The notes beneath the pieces are model-generated. The model had not been told where the DNA came from, searched no databases, and saw only the letters and a program-made list of their open reading frames with translations. The position numbers were made by a program, and so were the translations under genes. Of a stretch of 64,000 nt of DNA, positions 12,901-24,202 are shown in pieces (position 1 is the stretch's first letter; each line of letters begins with the position of its first letter). Where the stretch lies: the NCBI GenBank assembly GCA_964035545.1, contig OZ037766.1, forward strand, positions 28,441,673-28,505,672, written 5' to 3'. The DNA is from Bugula neritina (lineage: Eukaryota; Animalia; Bryozoa).

Positions 12901-15900
12901 GGGCATCTACCTGAGGGAACCTTCGGACATGTTGGTCGGCAAACTGCAGACGTACACCGTCGTTGTCACTCCTACCTTTGTCACCAACAGTCTCGGTTAG
13001 TAGCTTTCGATGATATGTTACGAATATGCATACTTCATACATTTACTATATTTTACTTACACCTAGAGGAATGAGTTTTGCTAATAAAAAGCTATGATTG
13101 GAATTGTGAAAGCCGTACAATACAAGTGGTGATACTATGATGTTTTTACTAGAATAGCTCCAGCACTTGATTATGATATTATTTCCTGTGGTTTCAGTGA
13201 TAAACTATTCAATTTGTGTTTAATTGTGAATACAGAAGATGCAGAGGAACTGAAACAGAAAAAAGAAAAGATAGCGTTCCAGGCTTCACTTGCCTTGACC
13301 TGTGGTGACACCTGGGTCAGTATTCCCACCCACCTGGAGATCATGAACACCAGTCGGCAGTTTTCTGTCAAACTGGATGTGGAATCACTTCAGCCCGGCG
13401 CCCATTTCACTGAGGTATTCTTTAGTTTGAGTATTTTAACTTTAAACTTAGCATCTTAGTGACATGGCGCTGCGTGTATTTAGTATAATGCTCTTACAGC
13501 CATAGTCAAACTTCAGTAGAAGAGTTAGACTACTACTAACCTGTTCCAGTGATTTGTGTTGCTATAAGTGACTTACAGTTCGCATGTCTCACATGTTTGA
13601 AATTTATTTTTCAAAGCGTACACTTTTTGATTTACACCTTTAAACTTACACTCTCAAACTTACCCTCATCAACATTCACTCTTTAATTTACTTTTTTCAT
13701 TTGCACACTTTAAAGCAAAGATAATGTTTGCAGTAACTGACCTATTAACATGTTTCTCATCCCTTGGTACTTAGATTCTAGCCTATGATGTAAGCTGTAT
13801 AGAAAAAGGACCTCTCTTCCGCGTACCCATCACTGTCATTAGACCAGAAAGGTGAGTGTAGTCTTGTGTGGTTAGTTGTGTAGTTCACTTCACTTTCCTG
13901 AATTAATTAACATAAAATGCGTCGCCTGGAGTAGCTGACTCATCTTCTATACTTGGTTGTTATGAAATCAAAGGAAGTGTTGCTGTTCCAAGTGTTTTGG
14001 CGTTCTATGACCTCGTGTATTGTTCAGGCATCATGTAGAGATCTGGTGCTGTTTATATTGTAGCTCATCTATCTATTTTGAGAGTACCAAACTATTTGTT
14101 TGACTTTAGATTTGTTTCTCTCGTTGTGTTGACCAACTTTACCTGCTCAATATGCAACTTCCGTCAAGATAACTATTGTTGAATCCAATTTCAATTCTAT
14201 TATGTTGCTTGAAATCTCAGTTGGTATTTTAATGCCGAGTGTATGATTGATGCTATTTCCTCTGCCTTCTAAACAATTGTCGTTTCTGGTTGATTGCAGT
14301 GGGAGTTGTGTCAACCATCAGCATAGCTGGAAAGCATCTCTAAACTCTGGAGAGATGAGAAGACACTTTGTCACTGTGCCCTCAGGTGCCACTTGTGCAA
14401 GTGAGTATGACAAGAAAACAATATTACTCATCTTCGGGATTAAACTTGCTGTTTTTATATTAGAGTGTGTTTCTGATACATATAAGTTTAAATCTTGGAG
14501 TTATCTAATAGTGCTGTGGTGATACACTATTATGCAATGAATTTATTGTTGCTTTTCAAAGCTTCATGAATTTGTTAAGTACTATCAATAGCATTATATT
14601 CCAGTGAAGATCTTGCTGCTAGTCAAACTGCTTTACCATTACCCTAAGTTTGTCATACGCCTTTATCAATAACATTACACTTTCATTGCTGTCTGATTCA
14701 ACTCAACTAAAGGTGCTGCACTTTAGATTTTGATAATTTGCAAACTGAAAACTCCTTTAAGTGAAATAGTGTCTCTGAAGAAAAGAGAAAGTTCTTCTAA
14801 ATCAAAGAATTATTGTTGTATTGCTCTGCTTCTATTAAAGACTTGGGTGTTGTCTACCCTCATATCATTTCAACATTTACTCATCTACAATTTATTTATC
14901 TACTCAGTCTATTTATCCTCATCTGGCTTAAGTTTCTTTGTGACTCTTCTGTTACCTCTAGCCGCAAACTACCCAGCCCTATTATTTTAGCTGTGGGAGT
15001 TATCCCCCTTACCTATGGCTCTCTATCTCTCAATACTGTACCTTCACCATTCTCCACACTCTTCTCTTATCTATACTGTAGCTGTAAGAATCATGACCAC
15101 TAAAAGTTCAGAGCCTAATGCTATCTTGTGCATGCATTCCGTGCTTCTTACACCTAAAGGCATTTTTCAAGATTACGAGCACGAAACGTTTGCCCTTTTT
15201 TCAACTGGAGTAGAAGAACTGTACAGCTTCTCTGTTAAGGTCAGTTATGACAGGCAGCTTGCAAGGTCCTGCAATCTACTTTAACGTTGTGCTTTGGTTT
15301 CCGGGCCATCATTCTTCACCGTGTTATACAGTGAAAGTAGATTGCAGCACCTTCACAATAGTGGGGTACGTGGATTGTGGTGTGGAGGCAAAACTGATAG
15401 ATATTTGGCTTTTCTAACTATAAAATTCATGCCTGAATCCAATAGTCTGCTTAGTGAAATCGGGAGGGCCTCTACGCCACCCTTCACCATCTTCCACTAT
15501 TCTCGCTGATGCCTGTTTGTGGGGGTTACGCTGGTCACTGTATGGCCAGTGTAGCTCTCCTAGTTTATTTTGTACATTATACTAGACTTAGCATATTTTG
15601 CGCTAAATTTTAGCCGTTGAGTTGAAAACTAAGCCACAAGGCCACTTCTTTCTGCAAATGCTCTCATTGCCGCCCAATAGTGAAACTAAGAGCGCCATGT
15701 GTGGCGCTCGATTGCTTCTGCTGGCCGATGTCCCATATGTTCGCAAATTCCGAGTCATGGTACGAACTTCTAGTTTACTTTTGTAATCATAATACAGTTT
15801 AGGGTAGGGCTGTTTTGGCAATGAAATTGGGTTTGTTTGGCCCTAGATCTACCTACCCTACTCATGGTTGGTACACAGCTTTTTTATATTCTATAGTTTT

Positions 15901-18900
15901 CTCAACTTTTCTAAAAATTGACTTTTATTTAATTGTTTTTGTGTTTTGGTAAGAATTTCTCTGCACAGCATAGCTATTTTCTATGTTGAAGTTACTTTAC
16001 CTTTTCGGAGTTACTCTACACTGTGGAAGTAACTTTACCTTGTGTGGAGGTTACTCTACACTGTGGGAGTTGTTTACACTGTGAAAGTAACTTTACCTTG
16101 TGTGGAGGTTACTCTACACAGTGGGAGTTGTTTACACTGTGGGAGTTACTCTACACTGTGAGAGTTACTCTACCTTGTGAGAGTTACTCTATCTTGTGAG
16201 AGTTACTCTACACTGTGGGATTTATTCTACAATGTGGAAGTTGTCAGGTATTTCATAATATCCTTGTCTTGCAGGAGAATCTGACACTGGAGGTGTGTCT
16301 AGCCAAGTACTGGTCCAATCTAGGTCACACAGATGTAGAATATAGCATTCAGTTCCATGGCGTTACAGTCAGTGGTAGCCCGGTAGTCATAGTAAGTGAT
16401 TTCTCACTGTAATATAATGTTTATTGGATCCAGCTGTACACATTTTATGCTATACAAATATTATGCTGGTTAGAACGAATAAGTCTTCTGTTATCTAAAG
16501 ATATAGATGAGTGTCTTCAGAGCTAGTGCTGCTGTTTCTAGAGATTGTTTGTTTACAGGCAGCTATATGTGTTTGTACTCTGTACTGTGAGTGTTTATGG
16601 TGTGTATATCTATACTCTGTAATAGCAAATGTGTTGTATGTGTCCTATACTATGAATTTTTTCGGTGTGTATATACTCTGTAGTAGTGAAGGTGTAAGTG
16701 TACTGTATACTCTGTACTAGTGAATGTGTAAGTGTACTGTGTACTCTGTAATAGTGAAGGTGTTAGTATACTGTATACTCTGCAATAGTGAAGGAGTTAG
16801 TATACTGCACGTACTATTTTAAAGCACGCAGGAAGCTCTGTCACCCAGCTGGACGTCTCCTCACTGCTACGACGTCAGAAGATTGCCCCTTCAGTCTCCT
16901 TCAATCAACTTGTTCAAACAATACGACCCTCTAAGGCTACCATTGAGCCACTCTCTACCACAAGGGACACAACTCCTGACGGCACTAATCTGTTCTCTTG
17001 CATTATGGAGTACACATTCAAAATGGTGAGAGTTGTGTTTGCTAGTTATGTTAGAATGTTAAGCAAGTGATGGTTTCCTGCGTATGAAGTTGTGCAAGGT
17101 TTAGTGTTGGTAATTGCTGAGTTCATTCGCCTGTCATTTGAAGTTTGCTTGGCAAATATTTTCAGCATTTTTTTAAATTTATCTGACATGACATAAAGTA
17201 GAAAAATCAAAAATTTGTGCATGAAGTATGTCTTTTTGAAGATGGTTTTGTTTTGTTATATTGCAGCTCATGTACAAAGAGTTAGTAGGATAGGTTCCAT
17301 GCATTTGTTTTGAGTTATTGTATAAATTTTTTCTCCAAGATCATTACTCTATTTTATTTCAGAATGTATTTTTTAATTAAAAAATATTGATTCTAAGTTA
17401 ATTCTACGTAATATGCCATGCAAAATGCAAATAATCATGCCACTTTTTTATAATATTTTTTTTAATTTTTATCCAAAGTACAATATTGCAGGATTTTATT
17501 CAAAGTATAACTGCTTGTTATGTTTTTTCAGATTAAATCAGGGGAAGTAAATCCCGACTTCTCTCTCCTTTCTGACATTCTCTACGAAAATCCACTGGAG
17601 TCCCAGTTTTGGATGTTATTTGATGAGCACAAGCAACATCTTCTGTCAGGAGATGCCTATACCCAGAGGGTGAGTCATCGCATACTCTCTCTAGAGGTCC
17701 TTGTACCCAGAGGGTTAGTCATAGCATACTCTCTCTAGAGGTCCTTGTACCCAGAGGGTTAGTAATATAATACTCTCTCTCCCTCTAGAGGTTCTTGTAC
17801 TCTAAGAGTTAGCAATAGCATACTCTCTCTAGAGGTTCTTGTACTCTAAGGGTTAGTAATATAATACTCTCTCTAGAGGTCCTTGTACTCTAAGAGTGAG
17901 TAATATAATACTATATGGAATTATTCTATAAGCAGCTCTGAGTTGGGAGTTGAAGTTAGGGGACCTAACTCCAAACTTGAAAACCTCAAACTCTTGCACT
18001 CAGTCACCCCCAACTCGAAGCTGCTTATAAAACAATTTAGAGTATCAAGTCATTGGAAGTATTGTGTATCTTTCAGTATGGGTACAAGTGTAAGCTGAAC
18101 ACTGGTGAATACACCATCAGACTGCACCTGCGATACACAGACATGAAGCTCCTGGAGAAACTCAAGAAGTCACCCATGTTACTGAGACACAGCCTTTCTT
18201 CTGCCCCCCTCTCTCTTTCAATCTATTCTGAACAGAAGGAAGCCATTCTGGGAGGTAGGTTCTAAAGCTACTTGGGAAAGGGGGGTTTGAGATTAGCTGG
18301 TAAAAAACCTCACTTTTTTATCACCCATAGTCTACTAAAAGTATTACATTGCAGCATTATTCATTTGGAGTTATCACTCCTTACTGAGTGGCCTCTGTTG
18401 TATATGTTACCAGAATTACAGTTTTAGTAGACTAAATTGTAAATTTACCATCCAAGATCTACTGTATAGTGTACGTGAGGCTTTTAAAGTATAGTAGGCA
18501 TTTCCGCATTAGCCTTGTCTCCTGGGTTGCCCCTTTTTTTTCCCATAAAGTACACGATGGTATAGAATGATAATATTAGTAACTACTGTCTCGTGGATAG
18601 GGAATCTGCTAATTTCCAGAAACCTTGTCAACATCTGCTCAAAAGAATGAAATAGCGGTTTTCAATCAACTTTATTGCGATATTGTCCAAACTGACAATA
18701 GAACGACTTCAAAAATCTATAACTGTTATAATTTTGTATAACGTCACATAAATGTGTATATAGGTAAGTATAATGTATATATATATATATATATAGAGGT
18801 AGGTATAATGTATGTTATGCAGGTAAGGGAGCTGGTGTCATATCCATCCCACTGAAAGGCATCAAATCCATTTTCTTCACTTCAATTCCCGATGAAAAGT

Positions 18901-21900
18901 TGAAGCAATTTCCTGTAACAGTTACTGCCGGCTGTTATCTGCGTGGATCTCTCACACTGATCAAGGACAATGCTGCTGTAAGTTACTACGTACAGTGTAA
19001 CATTACTGTAAGTCACTATATATACAGTGTAACATTACTGTAAGTCACTATATATACAGTGTAACATTACTGTAAGTCACTATATATACAGTGTAACATT
19101 ACTGTAAGTCACTATATATACAGTGTGACATTACTGTAAGTCACTATATATACAGTGTAACATTACTGTAAGTCACTATATATACAGTGTGACATTACTG
19201 TAAGTCACTATATATACAGTGTGACATTACTGTAAGTTACTATATATACAGTGTAACATTACTGTAAGTCACTATATATACAGTGTAACATTACTGTAAG
19301 TCACTAAATATACAGTGTAATATTACTGTAAGTATATTGTTGAATATTAAAGTAATTATGACGCACTGTATCCTGTCCTAATACGAATTTACTTTCTACA
19401 CTTGATATTTTCTGTTGACATCTGCTCACTCCTGCTTGCTGAAAGGTTGGCTAGCATAAACACGTCTCTAGTTGTTAAACCTGTTTCACGTAGACTAGCT
19501 AGTCATCCGGCATGCAAGGTGTCTGGTACTGGTTTTTCGACATATATTTATGGACAGATGTTTCAAACATTCAGTCATGTGCTCAGTTTTCCTTTCGTCA
19601 GATTATATTGACTATTGTCACGTCTTTAGGCCTCTGTACCTGCGGAATACGTTCTGTCAGACACCTGCACTCTGTCTGGTGACTCTAACAAAGACAAGTC
19701 AGCCAATGAGGAAAAGGATAAGATGACAGAGTATAAAGAGGCTCAACTTAGACTCAGTTCCCAGTGGATCTCTAAGTAGGTTCTCAGTCATCACAACTAG
19801 TTGATGTACAGTTATAAAGTGCTTTGTATATCGCATAAGGAAAGTTGGTTTACATAAAAATATACTTAGCTGCTATAGATTACTAATATGTTATTTCCTA
19901 CTTCAAAGATGATTTTTCAATACTTCACTCATCACTTTTATGTTTTATTATAAAAAGCTTGAGTTCTATTCAGATTAACAAAGTGCCTTGTATACTGTAG
20001 AATATATTATACAAGCAATGTAGAAGTAGAAACGTGTATATAAACTATAGGAGAGTTTGTCTGTCATTACCATTACACAATTAATTGTATCATAGGCAAT
20101 TTATCCATTATATACATTTTGAAGTTTGATTTATTGTGGCATTTCTTTAGGTTCAAAATAGCTGAGGCCTTAGAATTTTACAAGAAGCTGGTGGAGGATA
20201 ATGGCTACACCTCCCTAGCCCCGCATCTGGCCATCCTCAGCTCTTTGGCTAAAGAGATTGAAAGTGGTTTAGAGAAAGTAAAGGCCGGTGCTGAAGCAGC
20301 TCCAGCTACCGAAGCTACTACAGCGGACGCTGCCCCTACAGACGCTGCCCCTACAGGTAACTCACTGTCATAACTGCTGACTTTATGTGGTTTAGTAAAT
20401 CATGTTCAGTATATAAGACTGCTCCAAAATTCAGTCTACAAACTCATCCAGCGAGTGTTTACAAGTTTTTCTATAAGCAGCTCCAAGTTGAGGTGACTGA
20501 TTGCAGTAGATCAGGGTTCTCGAGTTTAGAGTTGGGGTTTAGATTGGAACTTTGAACCCTCAACTCCAAGCTACTGGAATCAGTCCCCTCTGATTCTAGG
20601 CTGCTTATAGATAATTTCCGTATTTATTTAAAAAGCAAACTGCCTGAATCCTGAATGTCTATTATTCCTATTAAGTGCCTCCTACCCTCCCCCTCCTTTT
20701 TATGATGTTGGATAATCTGGTTAATTATTAGACAGTCTGTTGGGAGAAGGGTTCAAACCTCTCCGCCTTTAAACAGAATATGGCTTGTATGTTTCAATGG
20801 CATTGCTATTTTGTTTGATTTCCTTACAACATTGTCTAGAAAAAACTGTATAATATACCGGAGAGTGAGAAAATACTCTCCGTCCAGCTTACTCTTTGAC
20901 ATTGCTGATGCCTTAGTTAAATTTTCTATTTCACTAATCAAGTTAGAAAGTAATTTTATGAGTGAAAGACGTAGCCAACAATAGCATGAATATTTCATTT
21001 AGAAATCTCGTCCAAATACCTACAGGCTTTTAAAAGTTTAAAAACTTTATTGATATGTTAGGCTAGTTTGGTGATACAATCTTTAGGAAGTTTTGTAATC
21101 AGTTTTATGAGACAATCTGCAAAATTCAAAGCTCTCTGAGATTATAGTGGTTTCAATAGTGGCTGGTTAAATCTAACTTGTATCTTAAGCTAGCATCTTT
21201 AACGAGAACTCTCTTTGTGTTGGCAGACAAAATGTAGATTAAACATTAGTGTGTTCCAATTCTTTGAGTTTGTGTGTAGATCAATGCTGTCAATTAGTAA
21301 ATAAACAGGGTCAACATTGAAAACGACTGCAGACTTTTAAGTTTTCCCAAAAATATATTCTTACATTTTCAAACAATATTGTGCTAGCCTTATTTTCTGC
21401 ACTTTCTTTCTATCACACTGAACCTTGTGATAATTATTTCTGTATATTTACACTAACAGTGTGGGATGAGTAATTAAGTAGACTTCAGAGTACACAGTAC
21501 ACACAGCATATAGTATAGGAGCACCTGCACCACCTTACCACTGCTTGACACTGTCTCTTTTATCATGTCTTCTTGGTGTATGCATGCCACTTAAGTCTCA
21601 TTATTACTCAATATGTGTGTATTTACCTGGTAACTTTGTCCACAGGTGATCAACTCCAAGGTTATATACACGAATTCTTCAAGATTACCCACTCAATCAT
21701 TCACTGTGATGACAATGTGAACAAAGCCGAGTTGTTGACCTTCATGGGTGTCAAGAATGACGATAGTGAAAATTCTGCTACTAAAAAATTGTTAGTAACT
21801 GTTTTTACCTATAATGTACATGGTTGTTATACCATTTATATCCTGACTAATAGCATCTGCTATCACTCTCAGTGAATGTTGTACAACAGTTTGTAAGACT

Positions 21901-23307
21901 ATGTGGCTCCCTGCTAATGTTTATTTTAAGAAATTGTCAAATGCATGTTGGATAATTGGTGAACATGGTAAACTGTAGGGAGATGAACAAGAGAAAGAAG
22001 GACTTGGTGGAAGCGTACTCGGTACATCTAGCTACTATGTCCTTACTTATCTATACACCAAACAGCCTTGACCTAGCCGATCTAGTCTCTCTTCCAACTC
22101 TGCAGAAGGATTTCAAAGAACTTCTCAAGTTTACAGATGCATCAGATAAATCAGTTAGTAGTCTTGCTATTGCTGTGGTACACTCAACTGTTTACTACTC
22201 TGTGAATTTAGTACTTCTGTATGACAGACAGCAGTACCCTTGGGGAGAGAAATGTGATGTTTCTTTTAAAGTTTGAGAATTGTCTTTTCAAACAATGCAT
22301 GCAAAATGTTTAGAACTAATGGAAACTGGCAGTTGCTATATACACATTGTGACAAGAATCATAAAGATTAATGCAAGGAATGTGGTAATTAAGGACTGAA
22401 ACAAATCGGCGCACTTGAATGACTGAAACCTATCTTAAATCCGAAAATCTCAGTTTTCGAATTGAGAGATTGTCAACATGCCATGGCAAAGTGAACATGT
22501 TGTGGATGAGAAAATATGAAAATTTGAATTATTGGCATCTCTTGATTCACTCCATTCTCATCATGTCTAATCATTGCTGGGTTCTTTTAGATTAGCAAGA
22601 CGTACATAAAGTATCTCCGTGCAAATGGCTGCGTTGCCATGGCGATTTCACAAATCAACAAATCCCTGGACGGCAGTAAATCAAAGGAAAGCGAGAATTT
22701 GCTTGTTCAGGTAATAGGGCCTATTTCTTTTAAAATCAGAGCTTTCTAAAAAGGGGGACAATCCGCCGCTGGAAAACTGAATTCATTTAACAAGACATAG
22801 TCACAGCTTGTAATAGTTAACAATCATTAGAGTTTGTAATTCAAATAATAAAGTATTTCTGAGCTGATTAGGGTTTACCCAGTGTATAGCATAGAGCAAT
22901 GTAACATTAACTCAAACTGGTTTGGCTAGTAATCAATAACAGTAATCCTTAGTTTTAAAGACAGCTTAGCTAGTAGTATAATTTCAAATATACTATTCTA
23001 GAAAAGAATGTTGGAATTTCAACTAAATTGGTTTTTAGAGTCTGTAAAAGTGCAGACATAAGTAGTGTTGAAATAATAAAGTGTAGTGCATCAGAAATGT
23101 AACTAGAACTAAAAGGAGAACATACAATTAAGAGATGGTGAGCAAATAAGTGTAGAGTGTGGTAAAATAAGTAGGTATACCAGTTCCTTTATACAAGTTC
23201 ATTGGCTGTTTTTGTAGCTGTACGGAGAACTAGGATGGACTCATGTGGAATCACACCTCAAAGACTGGATGCTCCTCAAGTTCCCTCCTTCGTATACCCT
23301 GTTCTAA
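6937..23307 (+). CDS. TPP2: Tripeptidyl-peptidase II (subtilase S8), about 27 exons
   Basis: N-terminus [34 protein letters not shown]. Catalytic motifs ILDTG (~7060), SHGTHVA (~9820) and HGTSMSSPN (~11740), also SSAGNSGP and YTWSSRGP. C-terminus [25 protein letters not shown]. Exons are bounded by GT-AG. Confidence 0.97.
8451..8580 (+). repeat. 26-bp tandem repeat spanning a TPP2 exon/intron donor junction (5 copies)
   Basis: Unit CTAAACCTAGCGAG|GTGAGTCACATG, with GT(A/G)AGT at 8465, 8491, 8517 and 8543. Confidence 0.95.
9341..9478 (+). repeat. ~33-bp tandem repeat spanning a TPP2 acceptor junction (about 4 copies)
   Basis: Unit AGCTGTGTCTATACCTGTATTACTCCCTTCTAG. The last copy supplies the real acceptor before AGCGTGTGTAG. 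Confidence 0.85.
15990..16240 (+). repeat. ~19-bp intronic minisatellite just upstream of a TPP2 acceptor
   Basis: Unit GGGAGTTACTCTACACTGT and variants. Confidence 0.9.
16575..16815 (+). repeat. ~33-bp degenerate minisatellite abutting a TPP2 acceptor
   Basis: Unit approximately GTACTGTATACTCTGTAATAGTGAAGGTGTAAGT. Confidence 0.8.
17660..17912 (+). repeat. ~44-bp tandem repeat spanning a TPP2 donor junction (6 copies)
   Basis: Unit TACCCAGAGG|GTGAGTCATCGCATACTCTCTCTAGAGGTCCTTG. Confidence 0.95.
17913..18040. mobile_element. Short MITE-like element, copy 1
   Basis: Inverted termini TATAAGCAGCT...AGCTGCTTATA. A related copy lies in opposite orientation at 20465-20623. Confidence 0.65.
18976..19333 (+). 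repeat. 32-bp tandem repeat starting at a TPP2 donor (12 GTAAGT copies)
   Basis: Unit CT|GTAAGTCACTATATATACAGTGTAACATTA. Real donor at 18978, copies at 19008, 19040, 19072 ... 19328. Confidence 0.97.
20465..20623. mobile_element. Short MITE-like element, copy 2
   Basis: CTATAAGCAGC...GCTGCTTATAG termini. Internal ggtgactga/aactcc blocks are shared with copy 1. Confidence 0.65.
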
Positions 23308-23390
23308 TAGGATGTTTCCTACAGGTTACACTCTGTTCTAATAGGATATTTCCTACAGGTTACACTCTGTTCTAATAGGATGTTTCCTAC
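23299..23390 (+). repeat. 34-bp tandem repeat spanning the TPP2 stop codon (about 3 copies)
   Basis: Unit CTGTTCTAATAGGATGTTTCCTACAGGTTACACT, containing TAA TAG. Confidence 0.9.
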
Positions 23391-23959
23391 TGATAGTTCG
23401 GTCTCCATGCTGCTTCTGATTGGCTGAAATTTGTTGACCATTGCCCAACAACGAATCATATTGCATTAGCTGTCAATTGTATTTATAATCACATGTTATA
23501 TCGATTTGATAAGTTCAGCTTAGATTTAGTAGCTACTAATTTATATTATTCATTATTTCTGTCGGATTGGTATTAACCATAAAGGCTATCTTACCCCTTA
23601 CTTTAATAGCATAACTTTACTATTAGTGTGATATTCTCTTTTGGTTTAGTCTCATAATAAATTTCCTCCTGTAAATTACTATGACTTTTAAGCTACATGT
23701 ACACACGCTGATTTTTTCAGCCGATTTTGTACTTCTCGATTTCGCTATTGCTGATTGAAAAATCGACTGATTTTCTAGGCAATTTTTATTTCCCGGGTTA
23801 ATTTTCTGCTTGCGTTTTATTGGCGGATGGCTCTCAGTCTATACAACTTTCTTTTAGGTTCATGCGCAAAATTCAAGATTAGTTTCACGTGCATTAGCAT
23901 AGTAAACTGAGTAAACATACATCGGCATTATTATAATATACATTCTTTTCACACGTGAA

Positions 23960-24155
23960 ATGGCTAGAAAAGATCAACAAATTTTAGCAGCTGCAGCTTA
24001 TATGTTATTTTATGACGATGAGGAAGACGAATCAATCAATGAGAAACGAGCCAGGAGGTGGTGGGTTGCGCCACAGTGCCAAAGTAGAGACCAGGAAGGC
24101 GAGTTGTATCCAGCTACTAAACGCTCACTACTACTAGTACTACTACTACTACTAT

Positions 24156-24202
<47 letters not shown>

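Noticed and set aside
15290-15860. GC-richer intronic segment with short ORFs (similar at 43860-44090)
   Set aside because: Probably repeat remnants, but I could not define TIRs, TSDs or protein similarity.
18976-19333. Regular 32-bp and 40-bp (49281-49655) repeats as CRISPR arrays
   Set aside because: Head-to-tail units with no unique spacers, no cas genes, and a eukaryotic intron context.
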